DNA from: an uncultured Owenweeksia sp.
GTDB lineage: Bacteria; Bacteroidota; Bacteroidia; Flavobacteriales; Schleiferiaceae
Direction of reading: 5' to 3'
DNA: 64,000 bases
Assembly: GCA_964504345.1 (NCBI GenBank)
Contig: CAZDDX010000006.1
Location: forward strand, 14,754 to 78,753
Below, in pieces: positions 35,043-43,740 of the stretch. The notes beneath the pieces are model-generated. The model did not search any database and was not told the DNA's origin. It saw only the letters and a program-made list of their open reading frames with translations. Within the stretch, counting starts at the first letter, position 1; every line of letters begins with the position of its first letter. The position numbers were made by a program, and so were the translations under genes.

Positions 35043-36193
35043 AAATTGCTTCCGTTCGCTTAGCGCCGGGCCGCGATCAGGCTTTGAGCCGACGCCACCC
35101 GTGGATTTTTTCCGGTGCCTTGCACCGCGCTACTCCCTTGCCCTTGGAGGGGTCTTGGGTGCACGTTTTTTCGTCCGACGGAACGCAACCTTTGGCTACG
35201 GCACATGCTCAAGCTACCGGAGCCAACATTGCCCTGAAGGTTTTGGCTTTTGGCGAACACGTGACCGACCCCGGCTCGTTTTACGAAGAACGCATTCGTC
35301 GGGCCGTGGCCTACCGACGGTCCTGGGGCTTGGGGGTGGCGGCAGACACCACCGGCTTTCGGTTGGTTTTTGGCGAGGGTGACGGCCTACCCGGCTTGAT
35401 CGTGGACCAATACGGTTCCGCCGTGGTGGTTCAGTGCCACACGGAAGGCATGCGCAAAGACGTTCCGCTCGTGGTTGCGGCGCTGCGCGCTGCGCTGGAA
35501 AATCCGGACCTGTCGGTTTTTGTTCAAGATCAAGGTTGGGACGGCACGCCGCAGTCCAGCGTGCACTTTTTGGAGAACGGCATTTCCTACACCTCAGACG
35601 TGGAAGCAGGCCAAAAGACCGGCTTCTTTTTGGACCAACGGGACCACCGAGCGCACGTAGGCCGTTTGTCTGCGGGCAAAAAGGTTGTCAACTTGTTTTC
35701 GTACACCGGTGGTTTTTCCTTGGCTGCGCTTCAAGGAGGGGCCCGAGAGGTCCTTTCTGTGGATTCTTCCGCACGCGCTTGTGCGCTGGCAGATGCACAC
35801 GCGGCACAAAATGGTTGGGCAGACCGACACCGCTCCGTGGTGAGCGATGCCTTTGACTACCTCAAAGAACTGCCCACCGATGCAGAATTGGTGGTGCTGG
35901 ACCCGCCCGCTTTTGCCAAACGCAAGTCCAGCAGCCACAATGCCATGATGGCCTACAAACGTTTGAACGCCATGGCCCTGGAGCGCATGCCGTCCGGCGG
36001 ACTGCTGTTCACCTTCAGTTGCTCCCAAAATGTGCCCGTTTCGCAGTTCACGGACGCCGTCCGGGCCGCGGCCTACGAGGTGGGTCGGGAAATCCGACTG
36101 GTGGAAACTCTGGGTCAACCTGTGGACCATCCGGTGGTGGCTGGTTTTCCGGAAGGGGCCTATCTGAAAGGCCTTTTGGTGTCTGTGGACTGA
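35039..36193 (+). CDS. rlmI: class I SAM-dependent rRNA (m5C) methyltransferase, RlmI-like
   Basis: The internal ATG overlaps the preceding stop (ATGA). HPWIFSGAL (PUA-like), QKTGFFLDQRD, and VVLDPPAFAK. Confidence 0.85.
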   Translation: MKIASVRLAPGRDQALSRRHPWIFSGALHRATPLPLEGSWVHVFSSDGTQPLATAHAQATGANIALKVLAFGEHVTDPGSFYEERIRRAVAYRRSWGLGVAADTTGFRLVFGEGDGLPGLIVDQYGSAVVVQCHTEGMRKDVPLVVAALRAALENPDLSVFVQDQGWDGTPQSSVHFLENGISYTSDVEAGQKTGFFLDQRDHRAHVGRLSAGKKVVNLFSYTGGFSLAALQGGAREVLSVDSSARACALADAHAAQNGWADRHRSVVSDAFDYLKELPTDAELVVLDPPAFAKRKSSSHNAMMAYKRLNAMALERMPSGGLLFTFSCSQNVPVSQFTDAVRAAAYEVGREIRLVETLGQPVDHPVVAGFPEGAYLKGLLVSVD

Positions 36194-36216
36194 TTTTCCA
36201 ACCCGCGGGAAAGCCG

Positions 36217-36224
36217 TACCTTTG
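36217..36224 (+). promoter_or_regulatory. -7 box TACCTTTG for purB
   Basis: TAnnTTTG match 16 nt upstream of ATG 36241. Confidence 0.5.
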
Positions 36225-36240
36225 CGCTTTGAAGCCCACT

Positions 36241-37581
36241 ATGGACGCAGCGCTGCACGCATTATCTCCTCTGGACGGCCGGTATTCCTCCGTTGCCCAA
36301 TCCCTTTCGCCTTATTTTTCTGAATTTGCTTTGATTCGGTACCGACTCCACGTGGAGGTGGAGTACCTCCTGGCATTGAAGGATTTGGGCCTGCCGGCGC
36401 TGGTTGGCTTGACCCCGGAAAAGGCCGAAAAACTGCGGCATGCCGTAGAGCACTTTTCGGAAGAGGATGCGCTCCACATCAAGTCGGTAGAACGCGTCAC
36501 CAACCACGATGTCAAGGCCGTGGAGTACTTTTTGAAGGACAAACTCACGGCTTTGGGCTTGGACGACGCTTTGGAGTTCGTGCACTTTGGCTTGACTTCT
36601 CAAGACATCAACAACACGGCATTTCCTATATCGCTGAAGGATTTCCACCAGCAGGTCTACCTACCGTTGTTGGACGAAGTCGTGAATCTTTTAGCCGATG
36701 CCGCCGCTGACTGGAGCTCCATTCCGTTGTTGGCGCGCACGCACGGACAGCCCGCCTCCCCTACCCGTTTGGGCAAGGAAATTGGCGTGTTTGAGGCCCG
36801 GATTCACCAGCAACGCGTACTCTTGGCAAGCATTCCTTTTGGCGCCAAATTCGGCGGCGCAACAGGAAATTTTAACGCCCACTACGCCGCTTACCCGCAG
36901 CAGGATTGGCATGCGTTTGCGGATCAATTCGTCGCGGAAACCCTGGGGCTGCACCGCTCCTTCCCCACCACGCAAATTGAACACTACGATCACCTGGCGG
37001 CCTACTTCGACAACTTGAAACGCATCAACACCATCTTGATCGATCTGTGCCGAGACATTTGGACCTACGTATCCATGGATTATTTCAAGCAAAAAATCCA
37101 GCCGGGTGAAGTGGGATCCAGTGCCATGCCGCACAAAGTCAACCCCATTGATTTTGAAAATGCCGAAGGCAACCTGGGCTTGGCCAACGCCCTTTTGGAG
37201 CATTTGAGCGCCAAATTGCCCATCAGCCGTTTGCAGCGCGACTTGACGGACTCCACGGTACTCCGCAACGTTGGAGTTCCTTTGGGCCATACCGTTTTGG
37301 CGATGCGCAACCTGCAGCGCGGCTGGAAGAAGCTGGTGGTGAACGAAGAGCAAATCCGCCGCGACTTGGATCAGCAGTGGGCCGTGGTGGCAGAAGGCAT
37401 CCAAACGATCCTGCGCCGCGAAGGGTACCCCAAGCCGTACGAAGCTTTGAAAGCACTCACGCGCACCCACGCAGCCATCACGGAAGCCTCCATTTCAGAA
37501 TTCATCCGAGATTTGGCCGTTTCCGACGACGTAAAATCCGAACTGAGGGCCTTGCGGCCGGATACCTATTTGGGCCGATGA
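36241..37581 (+). CDS. purB: adenylosuccinate lyase
   Basis: MDAALHALSPLDGRYS..., the GSSAMPHKVNP signature, 446 aa. Confidence 0.95.
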   Translation: MDAALHALSPLDGRYSSVAQSLSPYFSEFALIRYRLHVEVEYLLALKDLGLPALVGLTPEKAEKLRHAVEHFSEEDALHIKSVERVTNHDVKAVEYFLKDKLTALGLDDALEFVHFGLTSQDINNTAFPISLKDFHQQVYLPLLDEVVNLLADAAADWSSIPLLARTHGQPASPTRLGKEIGVFEARIHQQRVLLASIPFGAKFGGATGNFNAHYAAYPQQDWHAFADQFVAETLGLHRSFPTTQIEHYDHLAAYFDNLKRINTILIDLCRDIWTYVSMDYFKQKIQPGEVGSSAMPHKVNPIDFENAEGNLGLANALLEHLSAKLPISRLQRDLTDSTVLRNVGVPLGHTVLAMRNLQRGWKKLVVNEEQIRRDLDQQWAVVAEGIQTILRREGYPKPYEALKALTRTHAAITEASISEFIRDLAVSDDVKSELRALRPDTYLGR

Positions 37582-38585
37582 TCGAACGAAAACCCTTGGT
37601 ATTGGACCAAGTGGTGGTCCCTGCGGGCACGTACAAGGTAGTGCACCTGCCCATTGCCCGTTTAACCTCTGGGGTTGAAATCCCCTTGCCCGTTCACGTT
37701 TTTCACAGTGCCAAAGAAGGTCCTACCGTCCTTTTGAGTGGCGGTTTACACGGGGATGAAGTCAATGGCGTAGAAATCGTTCGACGGGCCTTGGCCGGAA
37801 AAATGTTGTCCAATTTGGAGTGCGGAACTGTTCTGGCCATCCCCATCATCAACGTATACGGCTTCCTGTTCTTTTCCCGGGACGTGCCCGACGGAAAAGA
37901 CGTGAACCGAAGCTTCCCCGGTACGCCCGACGGTTCGTTGGCCTCCTTGGTGGCATACACCTTGAACACCAAGATTTTGCCGCTGGTTGATTTTGGCATC
38001 GACTTCCACACGGGGGGAGCCAGCAGAACCAACTACCCCCAAATCCGCTACGCCAAAGACGACCCGCAAGCACTGGAGTTGGCACGTGCCTTTGGCGCCC
38101 CCATGAGCATGCCCAGCAGTTTAATACACGGTTCGTTGCGGGAAGCTGCACACAAATTGGGAGTACCGATTGTCGTGTACGAGGGCGGCGAATCCATGCG
38201 CTTTGATTCCTTTGCCATCGACGAAGGCATTCGCGGCATCAAGCGCGTCCTGAGCCGATGGGGCATGCGCACAAAAGCCCCCAAAGCCCGCGGACTAGCG
38301 GACCGTCATGGAAAGCAAAGCAAGCGCGTTCGTTGGCTGGCAGACAATTCTTGGGTTCGCGCAGAAGCCAGCGGTCTGTTTTTGCCGCTCCGCACCAGCG
38401 GGCAGGCGGTGGAAGAAGGGGAACTCATAGGACGCATCCACAACCCCAACGACTCCTTCACCGTCAAAATTTACAGCCCCATGACCGGCTACCTCATCGG
38501 GCACAACAACATGCCTTTGGTGCATCGGGGCGACGCCCTGTTTCACGTGGCTGCGGAGGCACCTGAGGCACCACAGATCGACTGA
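37578..38585 (+). CDS. succinylglutamate desuccinylase/aspartoacylase family zinc hydrolase
   Basis: The ATG overlaps the purB stop (ATGA). GGLHGDEVNG zinc motif. Confidence 0.8.
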   Translation: MIERKPLVLDQVVVPAGTYKVVHLPIARLTSGVEIPLPVHVFHSAKEGPTVLLSGGLHGDEVNGVEIVRRALAGKMLSNLECGTVLAIPIINVYGFLFFSRDVPDGKDVNRSFPGTPDGSLASLVAYTLNTKILPLVDFGIDFHTGGASRTNYPQIRYAKDDPQALELARAFGAPMSMPSSLIHGSLREAAHKLGVPIVVYEGGESMRFDSFAIDEGIRGIKRVLSRWGMRTKAPKARGLADRHGKQSKRVRWLADNSWVRAEASGLFLPLRTSGQAVEEGELIGRIHNPNDSFTVKIYSPMTGYLIGHNNMPLVHRGDALFHVAAEAPEAPQID

Positions 38586-38606
38586 TTCAGTCGTCCAGGT
38601 CCTCGT

Positions 38607-39818
38607 TCAGCCCATTTCTTCCAAACGCTCCACAATGCGGTCTGCAATGGAAAGCGAGGCCGTCGCCGCAGGCGACGGGGCATTGATGACGTGAATGCCG
38701 GAAGCACCCCGAACCAATACAAAATCGTCCACCAAGGAACCGTCGGGCTGCAACGCCTGCGCACGAACCCCAGACCGCCCGGGCACCAAATCACGATCTT
38801 CCAAATCCGGCATCAAGGCCTGCAATGCCCTTAAAAATGCTGCACGGGAAAAGGCGCGATGGTATTCGCCCAAACCGTATCTCCAGTGCTTTTGGAACAA
38901 CCTCCAGGTCCCTGAGTAGCTCAAAGCATCCGCCGTATCGCTCCAATTGAAGGACGTTTTGGTGTATCCCTCCCGTTTGAAGGCAAATACGGCGTTGGGG
39001 CCGCACTCCACGCTGCCGTCGTGCATGCGCGTAAAATGGACGCCCAAAAAAGGGAAATTGGGATCAGGAACGGGGTAAACCAAGTGGCGCACTTTGTGGC
39101 GCGCCGCTGGGGAAAGTTCGTAGTAGTCGCCGCGGAAGGGCACAATGCGCACGTCCGTTTCCGCCCCGTCAAGACGGGCCAGTCGGTCTGATTGAAGACC
39201 ACCGCAAAAAACTGCCTTGTGCGCCCAAACGGCTTGATGACCGTCCGCGCCAGTAATTTGAACGCCCCTTTCTGTCTGTGCGGTTTGCACCGCCTGAAAA
39301 CCGTAAAGCACTTTGGACTTCGGTTGCAACGCCAATGCCGCTTGCAGCAGCGCACGAGTAGTACCCCGATAATCCACAATGCCCGTTTGAGGTACCCGAA
39401 GACCCGCAACACCGGCAATGTGCGGTTCCAGCTCCCGAATTCCCGCGGCGTCCAAGTTTTCTAAACCGTCGAGACCGTTGGCCTTACCGCGTTCGGCCAA
39501 ACCCTTCAAACGCTCCGCTTGCTCCACCGTTGTGGCCACCACCACTTTGCCGCACACTTCGTGCGCCACTCCGTGTTCTGCACAAAAATCCAGCAATTGC
39601 AGGTAACCGTCCCGGCACGTGGTTGCTTTTAAACTGCCCGGCTTGTAGTATAGACCCGAATGGATGACGCCTGAGTTTCTGCCGGTTTGGTGGAGGGCCC
39701 ATTCGGACTCCTTCTCCAACAATACAAGGCGTGAATCGGGGAACTTGCGCTGCAACTTATACAAAGTAGCCGCGCCCACAATTCCCCCACCAACAACAGC
39801 AAAATCAAATCGGTCCAT
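38607..39818 (-). CDS. lhgO: L-2-hydroxyglutarate oxidase
   Basis: MDRFDFAVVGGGIVG FAD motif at the extreme N-terminus. 403 aa, LhgO-like throughout. Confidence 0.85.
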   Translation of the reverse strand: MDRFDFAVVGGGIVGAATLYKLQRKFPDSRLVLLEKESEWALHQTGRNSGVIHSGLYYKPGSLKATTCRDGYLQLLDFCAEHGVAHEVCGKVVVATTVEQAERLKGLAERGKANGLDGLENLDAAGIRELEPHIAGVAGLRVPQTGIVDYRGTTRALLQAALALQPKSKVLYGFQAVQTAQTERGVQITGADGHQAVWAHKAVFCGGLQSDRLARLDGAETDVRIVPFRGDYYELSPAARHKVRHLVYPVPDPNFPFLGVHFTRMHDGSVECGPNAVFAFKREGYTKTSFNWSDTADALSYSGTWRLFQKHWRYGLGEYHRAFSRAAFLRALQALMPDLEDRDLVPGRSGVRAQALQPDGSLVDDFVLVRGASGIHVINAPSPAATASLSIADRIVERLEEMG

Positions 39819-39822
39819 GCCG

Positions 39823-39830
39823 CAAAGGTA
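39823..39830 (-). promoter_or_regulatory. -7 box TACCTTTG for lhgO
   Basis: TAnnTTTG match 4 nt from ATG 39818. Confidence 0.5.
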
Positions 39831-39885
39831 CGAACGCCTTTTGGGGATGGACCGATTGACAAAACGCCTGTGGGCGCCTTAAGAC

Positions 39886-40587
39886 TTACTGCGGCATGCC
39901 GGCCGCAACCCAACGCGCAATTTTTCGCTGGTTGCACGCATTCATGGCCCCTGCTGGCGGCATCTGTGTTGAGCCAATTCCTTTCAAAGCACCCAATAGA
40001 TTGTTGTTTTCCACGGCATCTTTGATGCCCACGTAGGAGTCCAATTGTACGTTGCCGCTCACGTTGGGATAGGCATGGCATCCCACGCATTGGGCTTGGA
40101 TGATGGCATTGGCCTCAGCAAAAGACGGCGTGGCGGCTGTGTCGCAGGTATTTCCGGCACAATCGGTCTCTTTTGCCCCTTGTTGAATCCATTTCTTGAT
40201 CAACTCTTTTTCTGCTGGAGTCAATTGCGGGTATCCCGGGGGAGGCATCATTTTGTCCGGATCCGTTTCCGTGATGGCCTCCCACAACTCGCTGTTGTTG
40301 GGACTGCCCGGACTAACTTCACGACGGATTTTGGCGTAGGAGTCCAAAACCACCCCATCTTCCCCGTTGGGTGAATTGTGGCAGCCGGGCATGGCGCACT
40401 TGCTGGTGATCAACGGCAATACCTCATTCTTAAAGTCAACGGTACCGGGATCGCAGGGTGAGGTCGTATCCGTGGGATTGGGGTCCACGGGGTTTATGGG
40501 ATCGTGTTCGCATCCGGTGGATGCAAACCAACCCAAGGAAGCAATGATTGCTACCGACAAAATGCGTGTTGCAGGTGTTGATTTCAT
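39886..40587 (-). CDS. lipoprotein with two c-type haem-binding modules
   Basis: MKSTPATRIL...STGC lipobox. Module 1 is LPLITSKCAMPGCH...LDSY...MPPP...KKWIQQGA. Module 2 is IIQAQCVGCH...LDSY...MPPAG...ARWVAAGMP. The ATG overlaps the upstream stop (ATGA). Confidence 0.7.
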   Translation of the reverse strand: MKSTPATRILSVAIIASLGWFASTGCEHDPINPVDPNPTDTTSPCDPGTVDFKNEVLPLITSKCAMPGCHNSPNGEDGVVLDSYAKIRREVSPGSPNNSELWEAITETDPDKMMPPPGYPQLTPAEKELIKKWIQQGAKETDCAGNTCDTAATPSFAEANAIIQAQCVGCHAYPNVSGNVQLDSYVGIKDAVENNNLLGALKGIGSTQMPPAGAMNACNQRKIARWVAAGMPQ

Positions 40588-41477
40588 AGGACGTCGATTT
40601 CTTTCGCCATTTTTGGGGCGCGGTGGGTAAAAACGCGGGAAAGGTTGAATCCAAAATACAAGTCGCCTTTGCCCCAACTACCCGGGGTCAGCATCATCCA
40701 CGAGGGATCGTTCATGTAGCGTGCGTTGCTCACGTGGAACTGAAAAACGTGTCCGCCGGTCTCCAAGTCCAATCCCACACTCAGTGGATCGTACAAGCCA
40801 TCCGGTCGGTGCATGCGGGCAAAGTACTCTGCCGTCAATGCCATGCGGTCCGTCAACTTGTAGCGGCCGCCCAACCCAACGCCGTATTGGTCGTTGGGGT
40901 CGTTGGGAGTAGCCACCAAATTGAAGTGCACCACCGTTGGGGCCACCTCAAAAGAGAGTTCGTCGGACCATTTGCGGGCCAGAATCAATTGGTGTGTAAA
41001 TGCCAGACGGTCCGTGAAGTAGTGATTCACTCCGTCGTTGAAATCCGTGGTGTTGAGGTTGGTGGAGTGGTAATACACCGCGCTCAAGGGCATCCCGTCC
41101 TCCTTTTGGCGCAAAAAGCGCACCTTGGCAAAGGCGTCGTACGTTTTATTGCCCGACGACCGTCCCAATCCCAAATTCAACCAATGCGCGGGAGAATAGC
41201 TGTATTCCAAACGCATTTGTGCGACGTCCAGACCCAAAAAATTGTACAACGGGCGGTCGTTGATGGTGCCAAAACGGTGGCTGATGATCAACTGACCAAC
41301 TCCGGACGCGGGCAATTCATTGGTCTGTAAATTGACTACACGCGTTCCTTTGAAGGTTGCCGCCACGGGTGCCTTTTTTACGGGGCCCTGAGCAGCGTCC
41401 AACATGCTGAACAAGTCGTCCTGCGCCAGTAGAGAACCGCTGGACGTCAAAATGAGTGCTAGAATAATTGCGCGCAT
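40584..41477 (-). CDS. DUF5777 family outer-membrane beta-barrel protein
   Basis: Signal peptide MRAIILALILTSSGSLLAQ. FKGTRVVNLQT...ISHRFG and GHVFQFHVSN are family-like motifs. Confidence 0.7.
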   Translation of the reverse strand: MRAIILALILTSSGSLLAQDDLFSMLDAAQGPVKKAPVAATFKGTRVVNLQTNELPASGVGQLIISHRFGTINDRPLYNFLGLDVAQMRLEYSYSPAHWLNLGLGRSSGNKTYDAFAKVRFLRQKEDGMPLSAVYYHSTNLNTTDFNDGVNHYFTDRLAFTHQLILARKWSDELSFEVAPTVVHFNLVATPNDPNDQYGVGLGGRYKLTDRMALTAEYFARMHRPDGLYDPLSVGLDLETGGHVFQFHVSNARYMNDPSWMMLTPGSWGKGDLYFGFNLSRVFTHRAPKMAKEIDVL

Positions 41478-42028
41478 CAGGACTTCACTAATTCAAATTT
41501 GGCCTTCACCGTAACTTCAATTTCTTCGGCAATTTTTGCAAAGACCACGGTGGGGATTTCAATGTTGTAGTCCACGCACTTTACTTTGAATTTACTGGAC
41601 AACGAGGGCGCCTTGTCTTTGATCACCACGGTTGCTGGCACCACGATGACCTTGTCTACACCGTGGATGTTCATGGTGCCCTTGAGCTGAGCTGGGTACG
41701 TTCCGTCCTTATCCCAATTCACGGCAGCAGCATCCGTCAACTTGCCTTTGAACGTGGCTTTGGGGTACTTGTCCGAATGGAGGTAATTTTCGTTGAAATG
41801 CTCCTGCATCAGGGCCTTTTCGAAGGTGAACGACTTGATGTTCACCTGAAAAGCCACTTCACCCGTAGCTCGGTCCCATACCGCAACCGCCGTATTGGTA
41901 GTAGCTTCAATGTCTTCAACCGGTGTAGAAGAAAAGAATCGGATGTAGGTTTCTTTGGCCAAATACCGCTGTGCGGTGGCGCTGAGCGCGGATATCGCTA
42001 TCAACGCGGTGAACAAGACTTTTTTCAT
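41477..42028 (-). CDS. YceI family periplasmic protein
   Basis: Signal peptide, then IRFFSSTPVEDIEATT...KSFTFEKALMQEHFNENYL...YPKATFKGKL. Confidence 0.8.
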   Translation of the reverse strand: MKKVLFTALIAISALSATAQRYLAKETYIRFFSSTPVEDIEATTNTAVAVWDRATGEVAFQVNIKSFTFEKALMQEHFNENYLHSDKYPKATFKGKLTDAAAVNWDKDGTYPAQLKGTMNIHGVDKVIVVPATVVIKDKAPSLSSKFKVKCVDYNIEIPTVVFAKIAEEIEVTVKAKFELVKS

Positions 42029-42041
42029 GGGTTCGGGTGTA

Positions 42042-42422
42042 TTAATTGTTTAAGGCACCTTGGCGCTTCCAGGTGCGTAATTTGGCCTTCTGACACGACG
42101 ACATCGGACCCGACGGCGGCATGGCCAAGGGGTTGCCCGCCGGCAAATGAACCCGATTGAGTAGGGAGCCGGACAATGTAGCCGCAGCAATTTGCGCGTG
42201 GTTGGTCAGAGACAAGCCGCCGTTGGGCGAAGTTGCTCCGTGGCATCCCGTGCATTGGGCACTTATAATGGGTTGTATGTCCGCAGCAAACGAAACCGCC
42301 GCCGTATCGCAGGTACCGCCCGTGCCGTACAAGGTTTGGTAATCGTCGTAGTAGCAGGAAGTTGCTAACGTGGCCGCCGCCCAAAGGGACAATACGGCAG
42401 CTATGCTCCAAAAAACCTTCAT
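42042..42422 (-). CDS. small secreted protein with one c-type haem-binding module
   Basis: The internal ATG overlaps the MFS stop (ATGA). MKVFWSIAAVLSLWAAA signal, IQPIISAQCTGCH...MPPSG...LRTWKRQGA. Confidence 0.65.
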   Translation of the reverse strand: MKVFWSIAAVLSLWAAATLATSCYYDDYQTLYGTGGTCDTAAVSFAADIQPIISAQCTGCHGATSPNGGLSLTNHAQIAAATLSGSLLNRVHLPAGNPLAMPPSGPMSSCQKAKLRTWKRQGALNN

Positions 42423-43723
42423 GATGCGATGGGTTGATGTTCTACAAAGGTATAACGTCGGATCAGAGACCAGAAGTATAGGGCCAACAAAAAGTAGACC
42501 ACCAGCACCAAAGCGGCCAAACGAAGGTCTCCCGTGGCGTTCTCCAGCCAACCAATGGAAGCCATTCCCAAAACCGTCGCCAACTTTTCCGCGATGTCGT
42601 AAAAGGAAAAATAGGTAACGTGGTCTTCCGCCTCCGGAAGCATTTTTGAATACGTACTTCGCGAAAGACTTTGGAGGCCGCCCATGACCAAGCCGACGGC
42701 CGCTCCCAGGGCGTAAAATTGGGCTTCGTGTTTCACAAAGTAGGCGCCCACGCAAACCAGAGACCAGCCGATTGCCCCCACAATCAAGGTAGGTATGTTG
42801 CCCCACTTGCGGGACATTTTGGAGAACAGCCAGGCACCGGCCATGGCTACGTACTGAATCATTAAAATGGTGGTGATCAGCGCGGAGGTGGGTAAGCCCA
42901 GGACTTGACTCCCAAACAAAGACGCAATCAAAATGACCGTTTGGACCCCGGCGCTGGCGAAGAAAAAAGCCAAGACAAAACGTCGCAGCGAACGGTCCGT
43001 CAGCAATTCAGCAACCGAACGGTACAAGGCGCGGTAGGCCGTAGCCGGTTTAGCGGGAGCCTTGGGTGCATCCGAGCGGTGCGCAGCTCCGCGGGGCAAA
43101 CGCATGAGGGCGTACTCCCCAAAACCCAACCACCATAGTGCCACCAAAACAAAACTCCACCGAGTAATCAAGGCCGTGGTGGCCTCTGCCCCAAACCATT
43201 GTGGATTCTGAACGGCTACCAATACGGCGATGAGCAAGAAACTGCTGCCAAAATACCCCATGGCAAAACCGCGGGCACTCAGGGCGTCTTGCTCGTCTGG
43301 GGCCGCAATTTCCGGCAAGTAGCTGTTGTAGAACACCAAGGAGCCCGCAAAGGAGAAGGAAGCCAGGAACGGCGCAAACAGCCCCAACCACAGGGCGTTG
43401 GTGGTGAAGAAAAACATGGAGGCACAGGCCGCTACCCCGGTGTAAACAAAGGTGCGCATGTAGGTTCGCTTGTTCCCGGCCACCTCAGCCAACGCCGCGA
43501 GGTAGGGCGCCAACAGGCTGATGCACAGATAAGCGGCGGCTATGGCAAAGGTGTAAGCGGCGGTCGGGCTGACGGTTCCTAAAAAAGTGGACACCTCGGC
43601 AGAGTCCATCACGGCTCCGTAGTAAATCGGATAAACCGCGGTGCCCACCACCAAGGTGTACGCCGAATTGGCCCAGTCGTAAAAAATCCATCCGCGTTTG
43701 ACGCGCTCGTCCGTGCTGTTCAT
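42419..43723 (-). CDS. MFS transporter (UMF1/Atg22-like family)
   Basis: 434 aa with about 12 hydrophobic helices and the N-terminal WIFYDWANSAY motif. Confidence 0.85.
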   Translation of the reverse strand: MNSTDERVKRGWIFYDWANSAYTLVVGTAVYPIYYGAVMDSAEVSTFLGTVSPTAAYTFAIAAAYLCISLLAPYLAALAEVAGNKRTYMRTFVYTGVAACASMFFFTTNALWLGLFAPFLASFSFAGSLVFYNSYLPEIAAPDEQDALSARGFAMGYFGSSFLLIAVLVAVQNPQWFGAEATTALITRWSFVLVALWWLGFGEYALMRLPRGAAHRSDAPKAPAKPATAYRALYRSVAELLTDRSLRRFVLAFFFASAGVQTVILIASLFGSQVLGLPTSALITTILMIQYVAMAGAWLFSKMSRKWGNIPTLIVGAIGWSLVCVGAYFVKHEAQFYALGAAVGLVMGGLQSLSRSTYSKMLPEAEDHVTYFSFYDIAEKLATVLGMASIGWLENATGDLRLAALVLVVYFLLALYFWSLIRRYTFVEHQPIAS

Positions 43724-43740
43724 GGACGAAAGGTAGGATT

